This document shows, piece by piece, positions 10,049 through 18,952 of a stretch of 64,000 nucleotides of DNA. Numbering within the stretch: position 1 is the first letter of the stretch; the number at the start of each line of letters is the position of its first letter. The notes beneath the pieces were generated by a model that saw only the letters and a program-made list of their open reading frames with translations, had not been told where the DNA came from and did no database searches. The position numbers were made by a program, and so were the translations under genes. Origin of the DNA: Acidimicrobiia bacterium (GTDB taxonomy: Bacteria; Actinomycetota; Acidimicrobiia; Spongiisociales; ZC4RG35); contig JAWOJB010000024.1 in the NCBI GenBank assembly GCA_046484325.1, forward strand, positions 26,008 through 90,007, written 5' to 3'.

Positions 10049-11131
10049 ATGCGCCAGCCGATCTCGCCAGACCTCACCCGAAGGCGCTCCCGGTGGACTC
10101 TGCCGGGCGCCGCCCTGCTGGCCGTGGTGCTGTCGTCGTGCAGCTACATCGGTGTGCAGGACGGTCCCCTCGACTCGCTCGACCCCCGTGGCCCGTTCGC
10201 CCGTGAGATCGACGACCTCTTTTGGCTCGTGTTCTGGATCGCGGTCGCGATCTTCGTGATCGTGGAGGGTGCCCTGCTCGTGGCGGTCTTTCTCTTCCGG
10301 GACCGGAAGGATCGCAAGGAGCCGAAACAGGTCCACGGCAACACGAAGCTCGAGATCACATGGACGCTCATCCCCGCCCTGATCCTGGCGGGGATCGCCG
10401 TCCCCACGGTGCGCTCGGTGTTCAACCTCACCGAGTGCGGCGACGGCGCCATGCCGGTGAAGGTGATCGGGCACCAGTGGTGGTTCGAGTACCAGTACGA
10501 GCAGTACGGGGTCGAGACGGCCAACGTCCTCGTCATCCCGGCCGACGAGGAGGTCTGCCTCGACATGACCTCCGACGACGTGCTCCACAACTACTGGATC
10601 CCCCAGCTCAACGGAAAGCGGTACCTGGTGCCCGGCCAGCAGACGGTGCTGCGGCTCCAGGCCGACGAGCCCGGGGAGTACTGGGGGCACTGCGCCGAGT
10701 TCTGCGGTCTCTCCCACTCGCTCATGCGGGCGAGGGTGCTGGCTCTGCCGCGGCCCGAGTTCGACACCTGGGTGGAGACCCAGCAGCAGGTGGCGGTGGT
10801 CCCCGAGGAGGGCACGCCGGCCGCCGAGGGGCTGGAGCTGTTCGCCCTACGGGGTTGCACGCAGTGTCATACCGTCGACTACGGGCCCGAGTCCCCGGCG
10901 ACGAACATCGTCCCGAGCGACCTGTTCAACGGGCCCAACCTGACCCACTTCGCCGACCGGACCGTTTTCGCCGGTGCAGCCTTCCCGGAGGAGGGCGAGA
11001 CGTACGAGGAATCGCTCAAGCGGTGGCTGGCCAACCCGCCGAAGCTCAAGCCCGGCTCGTTCATGCCCAACCTGGGTCTGACCGAGCAGGAGATCGATGC
11101 ACTCATCGCCTGGTTGGGCACCCTGAAGTGA
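10049..11131 (+). CDS. ctaC: cytochrome c oxidase subunit II with C-terminal cytochrome c domain (caa3-type)
   Basis: Start MRQPISPD at 10049 in the 9911..11131 ORF. CuA site HCAEFCGLSHSLM plus heme-c motif CTQCH. Confidence 0.9.
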   Translation: MRQPISPDLTRRRSRWTLPGAALLAVVLSSCSYIGVQDGPLDSLDPRGPFAREIDDLFWLVFWIAVAIFVIVEGALLVAVFLFRDRKDRKEPKQVHGNTKLEITWTLIPALILAGIAVPTVRSVFNLTECGDGAMPVKVIGHQWWFEYQYEQYGVETANVLVIPADEEVCLDMTSDDVLHNYWIPQLNGKRYLVPGQQTVLRLQADEPGEYWGHCAEFCGLSHSLMRARVLALPRPEFDTWVETQQQVAVVPEEGTPAAEGLELFALRGCTQCHTVDYGPESPATNIVPSDLFNGPNLTHFADRTVFAGAAFPEEGETYEESLKRWLANPPKLKPGSFMPNLGLTEQEIDALIAWLGTLK

Positions 11132-11162
11132 CGATGGAGGACCTCACGGTGGAGCAGCACCC

Positions 11163-13157
11163 ATGACGACGACGGCCTCCCGGCCGAGCACGACCATCTT
11201 CCGGCGGCCCAGCTCCACGACCGGGTTCTGGTCGTGGGTGACCACGGTCGATCACAAGAAGATCGGCATCATGTACGGCTACACGGCCTTCGTCTTCTTC
11301 ATCCTCGGTGGGCTCGAGGCCCTGCTGCTCAGGGTTCAGCTCGCCCAGGCGAACAACGAGTTCCTGACCGCCGCCGAGTACAACGCCCTCTTCACCACCC
11401 ACGGCGTCACGATGGTCTTCCTCTTCGTGATGCCGGTCACGGCGGCGTTCATGAACTACCTGCTGCCCCTCATGATCGGGGCCCGGGACGTGGCCTTCCC
11501 CCGGATGAACGCCCTCTCGTACTGGATCTTCCTCTTCGGCGGTGTGTTCATCTACTCGGTGGTCCTCTTCGGCGACGTCATCCCGCCCCAGGGGGTCCAG
11601 GGCGTGGCCGGCAACATCGACCCCTCCGACGTCACGCCGCTCGGTGGCCTGCCCGATGGCGGCTGGTTCCTCTACCAGCCCAATGCCGGCCCGGCCTTCT
11701 CGCCGGCGAGCGGGATCGACTTCGCTCTCATTGGGATCCAGATCCTCGGCATCGCCTCGCTCATCGCGGCGGTCAACTTCATCACCACGGTCTTCAACAT
11801 GCGGGCCAAGGGCATGCGCCTGCTCCGGATGCCGGTGATGGTGTGGATGACGCTCGTCACCGCCTTCCTGCTGCTCTTCTCTCTGCCGATCATCGCAATC
11901 GCCCTGTTCATGGCGACGTTCGACCGGAACTTCGCCACCACGTTCTTCGACGTAACGGCCGGGGGGGACGCCGTCCTCTGGCAGCACCTCTTCTGGCTGT
12001 TCGGGCACCCCGAGGTCTACATCCTCATCCTCCCGACGATGGGGATCGTCTCGGAGGTGCTGCCGGTGTTCAGCCGCAAGCCGCTCTTCGGCTACTCGGC
12101 GGTGGTCTTCGCCGGGGCGGGCATCGCCTTCCTCGGGTTCGGGGTGTGGGCCCACCACATGTTCGCCTCGGGCATCACGCCCGTCGCCCAGGCAGCCTTC
12201 GGGCTGTCGACGATGACGATCGCCATCCCCACCGGGATCAAGATCTTCAACTGGCTGGGGACGATGTGGGGGGGCCGGATCCGGTTCACCACCCCCATGC
12301 TCTTCTCGATCGGGTTCGTGGCGATGTTCGTGATCGGCGGCCTGTCGGGCGTCACCCACTCGATCGTGCCCTCCGACTGGCAGCAGACCGACACCTACTA
12401 CATCGTCGCCCACTTCCACTACGTGCTGTTCGGTGGGGCCATCTTCGGGATCTTCTCCGGCCTCTACTACTGGTTCCCGAAGATCACGGGCCGGGTGATG
12501 AGCGAGCGGCTCGGCAAGATCCACTTCTGGTCGGCGTTCCTCGGGTTCAACCTGACGTTCGGCCCGATGCACTGGCTCGGCCTGCAGGGCATGGTGCGGA
12601 GAACCTGGAAGTACGCGCCCGAGGCCGGCCTCGAGCCGTGGAACCTGGCGGTGACCGTGGGCGCGTTCATCATCGCCCTGTCCACCCTGGTGTTCATGTA
12701 CAACTGGTGGCACTCGAAGCGCAGGGGCGAGCCGTCCGGGCTCGATCCGTGGGATGCCCGTACCATCGAGTGGACTACCCCCAACCCCACCCCCGAGTGG
12801 AACTTCGGGGTGTCCCCGGTCGTCCACTCCCTCGACGACTTCTGGCACCTCAAGTACCAGGAGGATGCCGAGGGCCGGCCGGTCCGGCGGCCGGAGGCCG
12901 ACGTCTACATCGCCCACCTCGAGGAGACGGGCACGAACCCGCCGAAGCCGATCCATCTGCCCAGCCCCTCGTACTTCCCCATCGTGCTGGCGGCCGGGCT
13001 CCCCCTCATCGGCTACGGGGTCGTCTTCCACACGAGCCTGCTCGGGAAGCTGCTGATCGTGGTCGGAGCGATCGTGAGCGCGGCCGGGGCCTTCGGTTGG
13101 GGCATGGAGCCCACCGAGGAGCCACACGGCCATCCGGTCGAGGCGGCGGCCCACTGA
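11163..13157 (+). CDS. ctaD: cytochrome c oxidase subunit I (with ~100-aa C-terminal TM extension)
   Basis: GFWSWVTTVDHKKIGIMY, heme/Cu histidines, 664 aa. Confidence 0.9.
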   Translation: MTTTASRPSTTIFRRPSSTTGFWSWVTTVDHKKIGIMYGYTAFVFFILGGLEALLLRVQLAQANNEFLTAAEYNALFTTHGVTMVFLFVMPVTAAFMNYLLPLMIGARDVAFPRMNALSYWIFLFGGVFIYSVVLFGDVIPPQGVQGVAGNIDPSDVTPLGGLPDGGWFLYQPNAGPAFSPASGIDFALIGIQILGIASLIAAVNFITTVFNMRAKGMRLLRMPVMVWMTLVTAFLLLFSLPIIAIALFMATFDRNFATTFFDVTAGGDAVLWQHLFWLFGHPEVYILILPTMGIVSEVLPVFSRKPLFGYSAVVFAGAGIAFLGFGVWAHHMFASGITPVAQAAFGLSTMTIAIPTGIKIFNWLGTMWGGRIRFTTPMLFSIGFVAMFVIGGLSGVTHSIVPSDWQQTDTYYIVAHFHYVLFGGAIFGIFSGLYYWFPKITGRVMSERLGKIHFWSAFLGFNLTFGPMHWLGLQGMVRRTWKYAPEAGLEPWNLAVTVGAFIIALSTLVFMYNWWHSKRRGEPSGLDPWDARTIEWTTPNPTPEWNFGVSPVVHSLDDFWHLKYQEDAEGRPVRRPEADVYIAHLEETGTNPPKPIHLPSPSYFPIVLAAGLPLIGYGVVFHTSLLGKLLIVVGAIVSAAGAFGWGMEPTEEPHGHPVEAAAH

Positions 13158-13795
13158 TGGCAGAGAGCCTCGCCCACGAGCCCGGCGCCGCCGCCGTCGC
13201 CCACCACGACGAGCACGAGTCCACCGGCATCGACAACCGCAAGCTGGGGATGTGGGTCTTCCTCAGCTCGGAGTTCCTCTTCTTCGGCGCCCTCATCACG
13301 ACCTATCTGCTCTTCGAGGGCAGGCCCGGGTTCGATCGGCCCTATCCGGCCGAGATCTATGACATCCCCTTCACCTCGGTGAGCTCCTTCGTGCTACTCA
13401 TGAGCTCGCTGACGATGGTGCTTGCCCACAACGCGCTGAGCCTCGGCGACCAGGCGGGCACCCGTACCTGGTTGCTCGCCACCGCCATGCTCGGCTCGGT
13501 GTTCCTCGGCGGCCAGGTCTTCGAGTTCACCGAGTTCGTCGTCGAGTACGGGATGACGCTCTCGACGAACCCCGCCGCCTCGTCGTTCTATCTCTTGACC
13601 GGCTTCCACGGCCTCCACGTCGCCATCGGCGTACTCATGCTCCTCACCCTGTTCGGTATGTCCCGCAGGATGGGGGGCCTCTCGGAGCGCCAGGGGATGA
13701 ACGTCGAACTGGTCGGCCTCTACTGGCACTTCGTCGACATCATCTGGATCGTGATCTTCACCGTCGTGTACCTGCTCGCCGAGGCGCCCGTCTGA
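13157..13795 (+). CDS. ctaE: cytochrome c oxidase subunit III
   Basis: ATG overlaps the ctaD stop (TGATG). LGMWVFLSSEFLFFGALI and FHGLHV are subunit III motifs. Confidence 0.85.
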   Translation: MAESLAHEPGAAAVAHHDEHESTGIDNRKLGMWVFLSSEFLFFGALITTYLLFEGRPGFDRPYPAEIYDIPFTSVSSFVLLMSSLTMVLAHNALSLGDQAGTRTWLLATAMLGSVFLGGQVFEFTEFVVEYGMTLSTNPAASSFYLLTGFHGLHVAIGVLMLLTLFGMSRRMGGLSERQGMNVELVGLYWHFVDIIWIVIFTVVYLLAEAPV

Positions 13796-14106
13796 TGGCC
13801 ACCGCCGAGCACCACGCCCACCCCACCGCCGGCCAGTACGTCAAGATCGCCGTCCTCCTGTTCGTGTTGACGGCGGTCGAGGTGGCGCTCTTCTACCTGG
13901 GCGAGGCGACCGAGCTGGGGGCCTTCGAACCGATCGCCCTCATCGGCCTGGCATTCCTCAAGTTCGTCATCGTGGTCGGCTGGTACATGCACCTGCGGTT
14001 CGAGAAGACCACGCTGTCGCGCTTCTTCGCTGCCGGGTTCACGCTGGCGATCGTGCTGTACGCGGTGGTGCTGGCGGCTTTCGGGGTGCTTGCCCTGACG
14101 AGCTAG
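13795..14106 (+). CDS. ctaF: cytochrome c oxidase subunit IV (prokaryotic caa3 subunit IV family)
   Basis: 103 aa with three TM helices. ATGA overlap with ctaE. YVKIAVLLFVLTAVEVALFY. Confidence 0.75.
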   Translation: MATAEHHAHPTAGQYVKIAVLLFVLTAVEVALFYLGEATELGAFEPIALIGLAFLKFVIVVGWYMHLRFEKTTLSRFFAAGFTLAIVLYAVVLAAFGVLALTS

Positions 14107-14109
14107 CTG

Positions 14110-15318
14110 TCAGCCGTCCGCCGGCTGTTCGGTCTCGGTGCCCTCACCTCCGTGCTCCTCCTCGCCGTGCCCGCCACCGACCGTGGCATCGAGGACCGCC
14201 AGCAGGATCATCACGACCACCGCCACCGCCCCGACGGCGGCGAGGAACTCGCCCCGGCTCACCCGGGTGCCGGGGCGGGAGGCGGCGAGCCCGGCGAAGG
14301 CCAGGATCCCCACCGAGATCACGACCGCCATGACCGGGGCGTACGCCGGGAACTGGAGGAAGACGTAGGCGGCGGGCAGCACGAGGAGGGCGATGGAAGC
14401 CACCCCGACCACGGGGAGCGACACGGCCGAGCCGAGCCGCCGCCTCGCCCGCTCCGTGTCGTCGGGGTCCTCGGCCGTGATCCCCTCCGGGAGGCCCAGG
14501 ACCTGGGCTACCTGGCCCACCGCCCAGCCCGCCAGGGCCGCTCCCGCCAGCAGCAGGACGATGGACGTGACCACCGGGACGACCACCACCGCCTCGGCCT
14601 CGGTCGGCACCGCGAAGGGGCCGGTGACGAGTGACGCCGTCAGCGCCCCTACCACGGCCCCGACCGCTACCCCGGCACCGGTGGCGACCCCGAGGCCCCC
14701 CTGCAACCTGAAGCCGGCGCCGTGCATGCCGGTGAGGGCGCGGGTGAGATGGGCGATCATCCCGCCGAGCACCCCGAACAGCATGACCAGCGCCAGCGTC
14801 GCCACGGCGGCGGCGGCGAGGGTGGCGGGTTCCTCGCCCTCGCCGATGGTCAGCGGGGCGAGGTCGATGGCACCCCGATAGGCGCCCTCCTCGCCGACCA
14901 CGGAGGCCCGGGGGGCCAGCCAGGGAAGGAGCAGCAGCGGGAGCGGGGCGGCGAGCACGAGCGCGGCCATGGCGCCGATCCGCCCGGCCAGCCGTCGGCG
15001 GGCGGACAGCGGCGCCGCCTCCACCGGACCGGAGGTGGGAGCGACGGGCTCGGGGCCTGCCGGCGGCGAAGCGGTGAGGGTGGCGACCGGGGAGGGCTCG
15101 GGCTCGGGTGCCGGCTCGGGCGTGGCCGTGGGCGGCGGCAGAGGGGTGTCGGACGCCGCCGGTGGCGCGGCCACCGCCACCGACCCGCCGCCCGCCCAGG
15201 TAGACAGGATCTCGTCGATGCTCGCGCCCGTGGCCTTGGCCCGGGCCTCGGCCGAGCGACGCACGATCAGCTCGGGCGCATTGAGGGCCGAGGCGGCCGC
15301 AGCCAGGTTCTCGCTCAT
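14110..15318 (-). CDS. hypothetical integral membrane protein with HhH-like N-terminus and Pro/Ala-rich linker
   Basis: Best start MSENLAAAASALNAPELIVRRSAEARAKATGASIDEIL at 15316-15318. Many TM segments follow. The upstream 89 codons of ORF 14110..15585 are Arg-rich junk. Confidence 0.55.
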   Translation of the reverse strand: MSENLAAAASALNAPELIVRRSAEARAKATGASIDEILSTWAGGGSVAVAAPPAASDTPLPPPTATPEPAPEPEPSPVATLTASPPAGPEPVAPTSGPVEAAPLSARRRLAGRIGAMAALVLAAPLPLLLLPWLAPRASVVGEEGAYRGAIDLAPLTIGEGEEPATLAAAAVATLALVMLFGVLGGMIAHLTRALTGMHGAGFRLQGGLGVATGAGVAVGAVVGALTASLVTGPFAVPTEAEAVVVVPVVTSIVLLLAGAALAGWAVGQVAQVLGLPEGITAEDPDDTERARRRLGSAVSLPVVGVASIALLVLPAAYVFLQFPAYAPVMAVVISVGILAFAGLAASRPGTRVSRGEFLAAVGAVAVVVMILLAVLDATVGGGHGEEEHGGEGTETEQPADG

Positions 15319-15383
15319 CGGCGGCGGAGGATAGCCAGCCGATCCGGTGGGGCGGCCTTCGGGGCCGCCTGCGCTGCACCCCG

Positions 15384-15599
15384 ATGCGGTGGGTACGCCG
15401 GATCCTCGTGACCCTGCTCCTTCTCGCCCTCGTGGCCGGCATGGCCGGGTTCTGGACGACCCGGCGGCCGCTTCCGACCGTCGACGGCCCGGTCGAGATC
15501 GCCGGCCTCGACGGGCCCGTCGAGGTGCTCGGGGACGTCGACGGTTCGGGGCGTCCCAGGTCGAGACCGCCGCGTTCCTCCGCACCCTGGGGTTCTTGA
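15384..15599 (+). pseudogene. penicillin amidase (acylase) family N-terminal remnant, truncated/frameshifted
   Basis: MRWVRRILVTLLLLALVAGMAGFWTTRRPLPTVDGPVEIAGLDGPVEVL matches the signal-peptide N-terminus of PF01804 proteins. Similarity continues weakly in another frame (RFGASQVETAAFLRTLGFL). No room for a full ~800-aa gene. Confidence 0.35.
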
Positions 15600-15773
15600 G
15601 GATCGCCGAGCAGGAGTACGTCGGCGTCTCCGACGAGCTGGGGGCGAGAGTCGAGACCCGGCCGCTGCGGTGGGCGCGCGCGCAGGTCGAGGACGATCTC
15701 GGGGCCCGACCGGCCCTGGCCCTCGCCCCGTCAGCCGGCCTAGGATCGGGCGACGAGGAGAGGAGGCCCGCCG

Positions 15774-15851
15774 ATGAAGAAGACGCTCATCGCTCTGGTG
15801 GTGCTGGCCGTGATCGGCCTGATCGTCAAGTACATGCTCGACGAGGCCTGA
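15774..15851 (+). CDS. candidate small membrane peptide (25 aa)
   Basis: ATG 15774 preceded by GGAGAGGAGG 5-8 nt upstream. Encodes MKKTLIALVVLAVIGLIVKYMLDEA. The stop is embedded in a perfect 10-bp-arm palindrome at 15839-15861. Confidence 0.4.
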   Translation: MKKTLIALVVLAVIGLIVKYMLDEA

Positions 15852-15863
15852 GGCCTCGTCGGC

Positions 15864-16769
15864 TCACGCCCGGAGGAAGTCCTCGATCCCCGCTGCGATC
15901 TCCTCGGCGTGGGTCCAGGGTGCCTCGTGGAGGGCCCCCACGAGCTCGAGCACCCGTACGTCCGGCAGCCGGGAGGCGAGGTCGTACTGCCAGCGCGGGT
16001 CGGCGAGCTGGTCGGCGGTGGGGATCACGACCAGGGCGGGGATGGCGACCTGGCCGATCCACGGCGTGGAGTCGAAGCGGAGCAGCGCGAAGGTGGCGGC
16101 CGCCCCGGCCTCCGGGTCCCGCCGGTGGGTCTCCTCCCACAGCCAGCGGGCGTGGCGGCGGTCGACGGCACCCACCCCCAGCAGGTAGGCGGCGCGCGCC
16201 TCGGCGTTGCCGATCCCGGTGATCCGCTCCCAGGACCGGATCACCCAGGCGGCGATGGCGCGCGTGAGGCGATGGAACGGTGGATGGTGGGCGAAGGTGG
16301 CCACCAGGATGAGGCGGTCGACCACCCCGGGGTGGCGGTAGGCGAGGGCCTGGGCGATGGCGCCGCCCATCGAGTAACCGACGACCGCACCGCGGCCCAC
16401 CCCGACCGCGGCCATGATCCCCGCGATGTCGTCGGCGATGTCCTCGACCTCGAACCGGGCGACGGTCTTCGGCGACAGGCCGTGGCTCCGGTGGTCGAGG
16501 GTGATCACCCGGTGACCCTCGGCGAGGAGCGGCGCCACCCGGTACCACTCGGCGAGAGAGGAGCCTCCCAGGCCGTGGATGAGGACGACGGGCGTGCCAT
16601 CGGGGTTGCCGAACTCCCGTACGAGGAACTCGCTGTCGCCCACGAACACGGTCCGACCCGGGATGCGCCAGGGATGCTCCTGGGGCGAGCGGAAGCGGGG
16701 GGTGATGATCGGCCCGAGGACCCGCCAGGCGAGGAGCAGTCCGATCAGGACGCGCAGCCGCCGGATCAC
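15864..16769 (-). CDS. alpha/beta hydrolase
   Basis: GTG start (VIRRLRVL) at 16767-16769. [10 protein letters not shown] and nucleophile elbow GYSMGG. Upstream part of ORF 15864..17621 is junk in this frame. Confidence 0.75.
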   Translation of the reverse strand: MIRRLRVLIGLLLAWRVLGPIITPRFRSPQEHPWRIPGRTVFVGDSEFLVREFGNPDGTPVVLIHGLGGSSLAEWYRVAPLLAEGHRVITLDHRSHGLSPKTVARFEVEDIADDIAGIMAAVGVGRGAVVGYSMGGAIAQALAYRHPGVVDRLILVATFAHHPPFHRLTRAIAAWVIRSWERITGIGNAEARAAYLLGVGAVDRRHARWLWEETHRRDPEAGAAATFALLRFDSTPWIGQVAIPALVVIPTADQLADPRWQYDLASRLPDVRVLELVGALHEAPWTHAEEIAAGIEDFLRA

Positions 16770-17197
16770 GGAGTACCCCGCAGCGGGGCCACGGCGAAGG
16801 CGTGCTCGGCGACCGGCCGGCCGCCGAGCAGGTGCTCGTCGACGATCCGGTCGACCACCTCGACGGTGACGCCGCGGTACCAGACACCCTCCGGGTAGAC
16901 CACGGCGATCGGTCCCTGCTCGCAGATGCGCAGGCAGTCGGCCTTGGTTCGGAGGACACGTCCGGCGCCGGGGCCGGTGGCGACGGGCTCGGCGGAGGGA
17001 TCGTCCTTCCAGGCCGGAGGAGCCGAGGCCAGCCCGAGCTCTTTCAGGCGGCGCTTGAGGTGCCTCCACACGACGGTCGACTCCTCCCGGGTGGAGCAAC
17101 GGGGGGTAGTCTGTTCGGCACAGAGGAAGATGTGCCGCTCGACGGTGCCGATGGAGAGGGCCTCGGCGATCGCAACGAGGCGTTCGTCCCGGTCCAT
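16766..17197 (-). CDS. thioredoxin-like [2Fe-2S] ferredoxin domain protein
   Basis: [17 protein letters not shown]...[12 protein letters not shown]...[11 protein letters not shown]. Four-Cys pattern of thioredoxin-like ferredoxins. 4-nt overlap with the hydrolase. Confidence 0.65.
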   Translation of the reverse strand: MDRDERLVAIAEALSIGTVERHIFLCAEQTTPRCSTREESTVVWRHLKRRLKELGLASAPPAWKDDPSAEPVATGPGAGRVLRTKADCLRICEQGPIAVVYPEGVWYRGVTVEVVDRIVDEHLLGGRPVAEHAFAVAPLRGTP

Positions 17198-17208
17198 GGG
17201 GCTGGACG

Positions 17209-18252
17209 CTAGCGCTCCGGGGCCCGGCCCCGGTCGAGACGGATCCGCCCCTGGGGCCCGTCGACGATTCGGCCGATCTCGAAAAACCCCGGGAGCGCGA
17301 GGAGCGACTCGAGCCCGTCGGCCGGCACGGCGATGAGCAGCCCACCGCTGGTCTGGGCATCGGCCAGAAGCCGGCGATCCCGTTCGCTCCCGCCGGACAG
17401 GTACGGGGACACCGCGACCAGGTTGCGCGAACTCCCCCCCGGGTAGTGGCCGGCGTCCAGAAGCTCGGGGGCGCCCGGGAGGACGGGGACGGAGGCGACG
17501 TCGACCACGGCCGAGACCCCGGAGGCCGACAGCATCTCGCGCAGGTGGCCGAGCAGGCCGTACCCGGTGACGTCGGTCGCTGCGCCTGCCCCCGCCGCGA
17601 GCATGGCCCCGGCGGCACCATCGTTGAGGGCGACCATGGAGTCGACCGCCGCGGCCAGCACGTCGTCCGGGCACGCTCCTCGCTTCAGGGCGGTGGTGAT
17701 GATGCCGGTGCCGATCGGCTTGGTGAGCACGAGCACATGACCGGGCCGGGCCCCGGCGTTGGTGACCACCTGGTCGGGATCGACCAGGCCGGTGACGGCG
17801 AACCCGTACTTGGGCTCCGGGTCGTCGATCGAATGGCCGCCGACGACGGTGCAGCCGGCCAGGGCCATGACGTCCGCGCCGCCCAGCACGACCCGCTCGA
17901 GCAGCTCGAACGGCAGAGCATCACGAGGCCACCCGACCAACTGGAGAGCGCTCAGCGGTGTGCCCCCCATGGCATACACGTCCGAGAGGGCGTTGGCGGC
18001 GGCGATCCGGCCCCAGTCGTAGGCGTCGTCGACCACCGGGGTGAAGAAGTCCACTGTCTGCACGAGGGCGCGTCCATCCCCCAGCCGCACGACGCCCGCG
18101 TCGTCGGCCGTTGCAAACCCCACGATCAGGTCGGGGGATACGGTCGCCGGATGCTCGTGCAAGGGGCGCAGGACCTGCGCCAGCTCGGCCGGGCCGAGCT
18201 TGCACGCTCAACCGGCGCCGTGGCTGTACCTGGTGAGCCGGTGGTCGGTCAT
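17209..18252 (-). CDS. selD: selenide, water dikinase (selenophosphate synthetase), selenocysteine-containing
   Basis: ORF 17209..18162 lacks the conserved N-terminus. Extending upstream in frame gives [28 protein letters not shown], with TGA at 18208-18210 at the position of the catalytic Cys/Sec of SelD. Confidence 0.8.
18165..18207 (-). ncRNA. putative bacterial SECIS element just 3' of the selD UGA
   Basis: mRNA GCGUGCAAGCUCGGCCCGGCCGAGCUGGCGCAGGUCCUGCGC forms two hairpins. The distal one, GCGCAGG-UC-CUGCGC, resembles the fdhF apical loop (GGUC). Confidence 0.5.
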
Positions 18253-18450
18253 CTCGGGCACGCTACCGGTGCGCCGTCACCTGGGCAGACCCTCGCCGAC
18301 GACCATGTCGAAGTCAGCGCGGTCCCCATCGCCCCGGGCCGGCGTAGGGCACGTAGTCGGGGAGGTCGACCACCAGTCGCAAGTCCCGACCGTGCCACAG
18401 GGATGGGAGTTCCGGCCGGGGCCGAAGGTGGCCTATCCTCTTGGCCTCCC

Positions 18451-18927
18451 ATGTCCGAGCACCCCACCTTCCTCACCCCGGAGGCGCACGCCAAGCTTCG
18501 GGACGAGCTGGACCATCTCAAGACCGAGGGCCGGGCCCACATCGAGGAGCGGATCGCCGAGGCCCGCTCGCACGGCGACATTCGCGAGAACGCCGACTAC
18601 GACGCGGCCAAGAACGAGCAGGGCATGATGGAGGCGAGGATCCGCCAGCTCGAACACCTGCTGGGCACGGCCGTGGTTGGTGAGGCCGAGCACTCCGACG
18701 AGGTCGTGGTCGGCTCGGTGGTCACCGTCAGCGATTCGGACGGCGACGAGCTCCGGTACTTCGTCGCCCCCGCCGAGAATCGTGCACCCGGCTACCTGCT
18801 GGCGTCCCCCTCCAGCCCGCTCGGGCAGGCCCTGCTCGGCGCCAAGCCCGGGGAGGACGTGACCTATCGGGCACCGGGCGGCGACTTCACCGTGACCGTT
18901 GTCTCGGTGGAGCCGTTCCGCGCCTGA
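18451..18927 (+). CDS. greA: transcription elongation factor GreA
   Basis: MSEHPTFLTPEAHAKLRDELDHLKTEGR...IRENADYDAAKNEQ. Confidence 0.9.
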   Translation: MSEHPTFLTPEAHAKLRDELDHLKTEGRAHIEERIAEARSHGDIRENADYDAAKNEQGMMEARIRQLEHLLGTAVVGEAEHSDEVVVGSVVTVSDSDGDELRYFVAPAENRAPGYLLASPSSPLGQALLGAKPGEDVTYRAPGGDFTVTVVSVEPFRA

Positions 18928-18952
18928 GCGTCCGGTAGCCTCGGTCGCACCC

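Noticed and set aside
14144-15442. 432-aa Arg/Gly-rich ORF and 14722..15411(+)
   Set aside because: Off-frame or antisense to the membrane protein 14110..15318. Composition is RG repeats.
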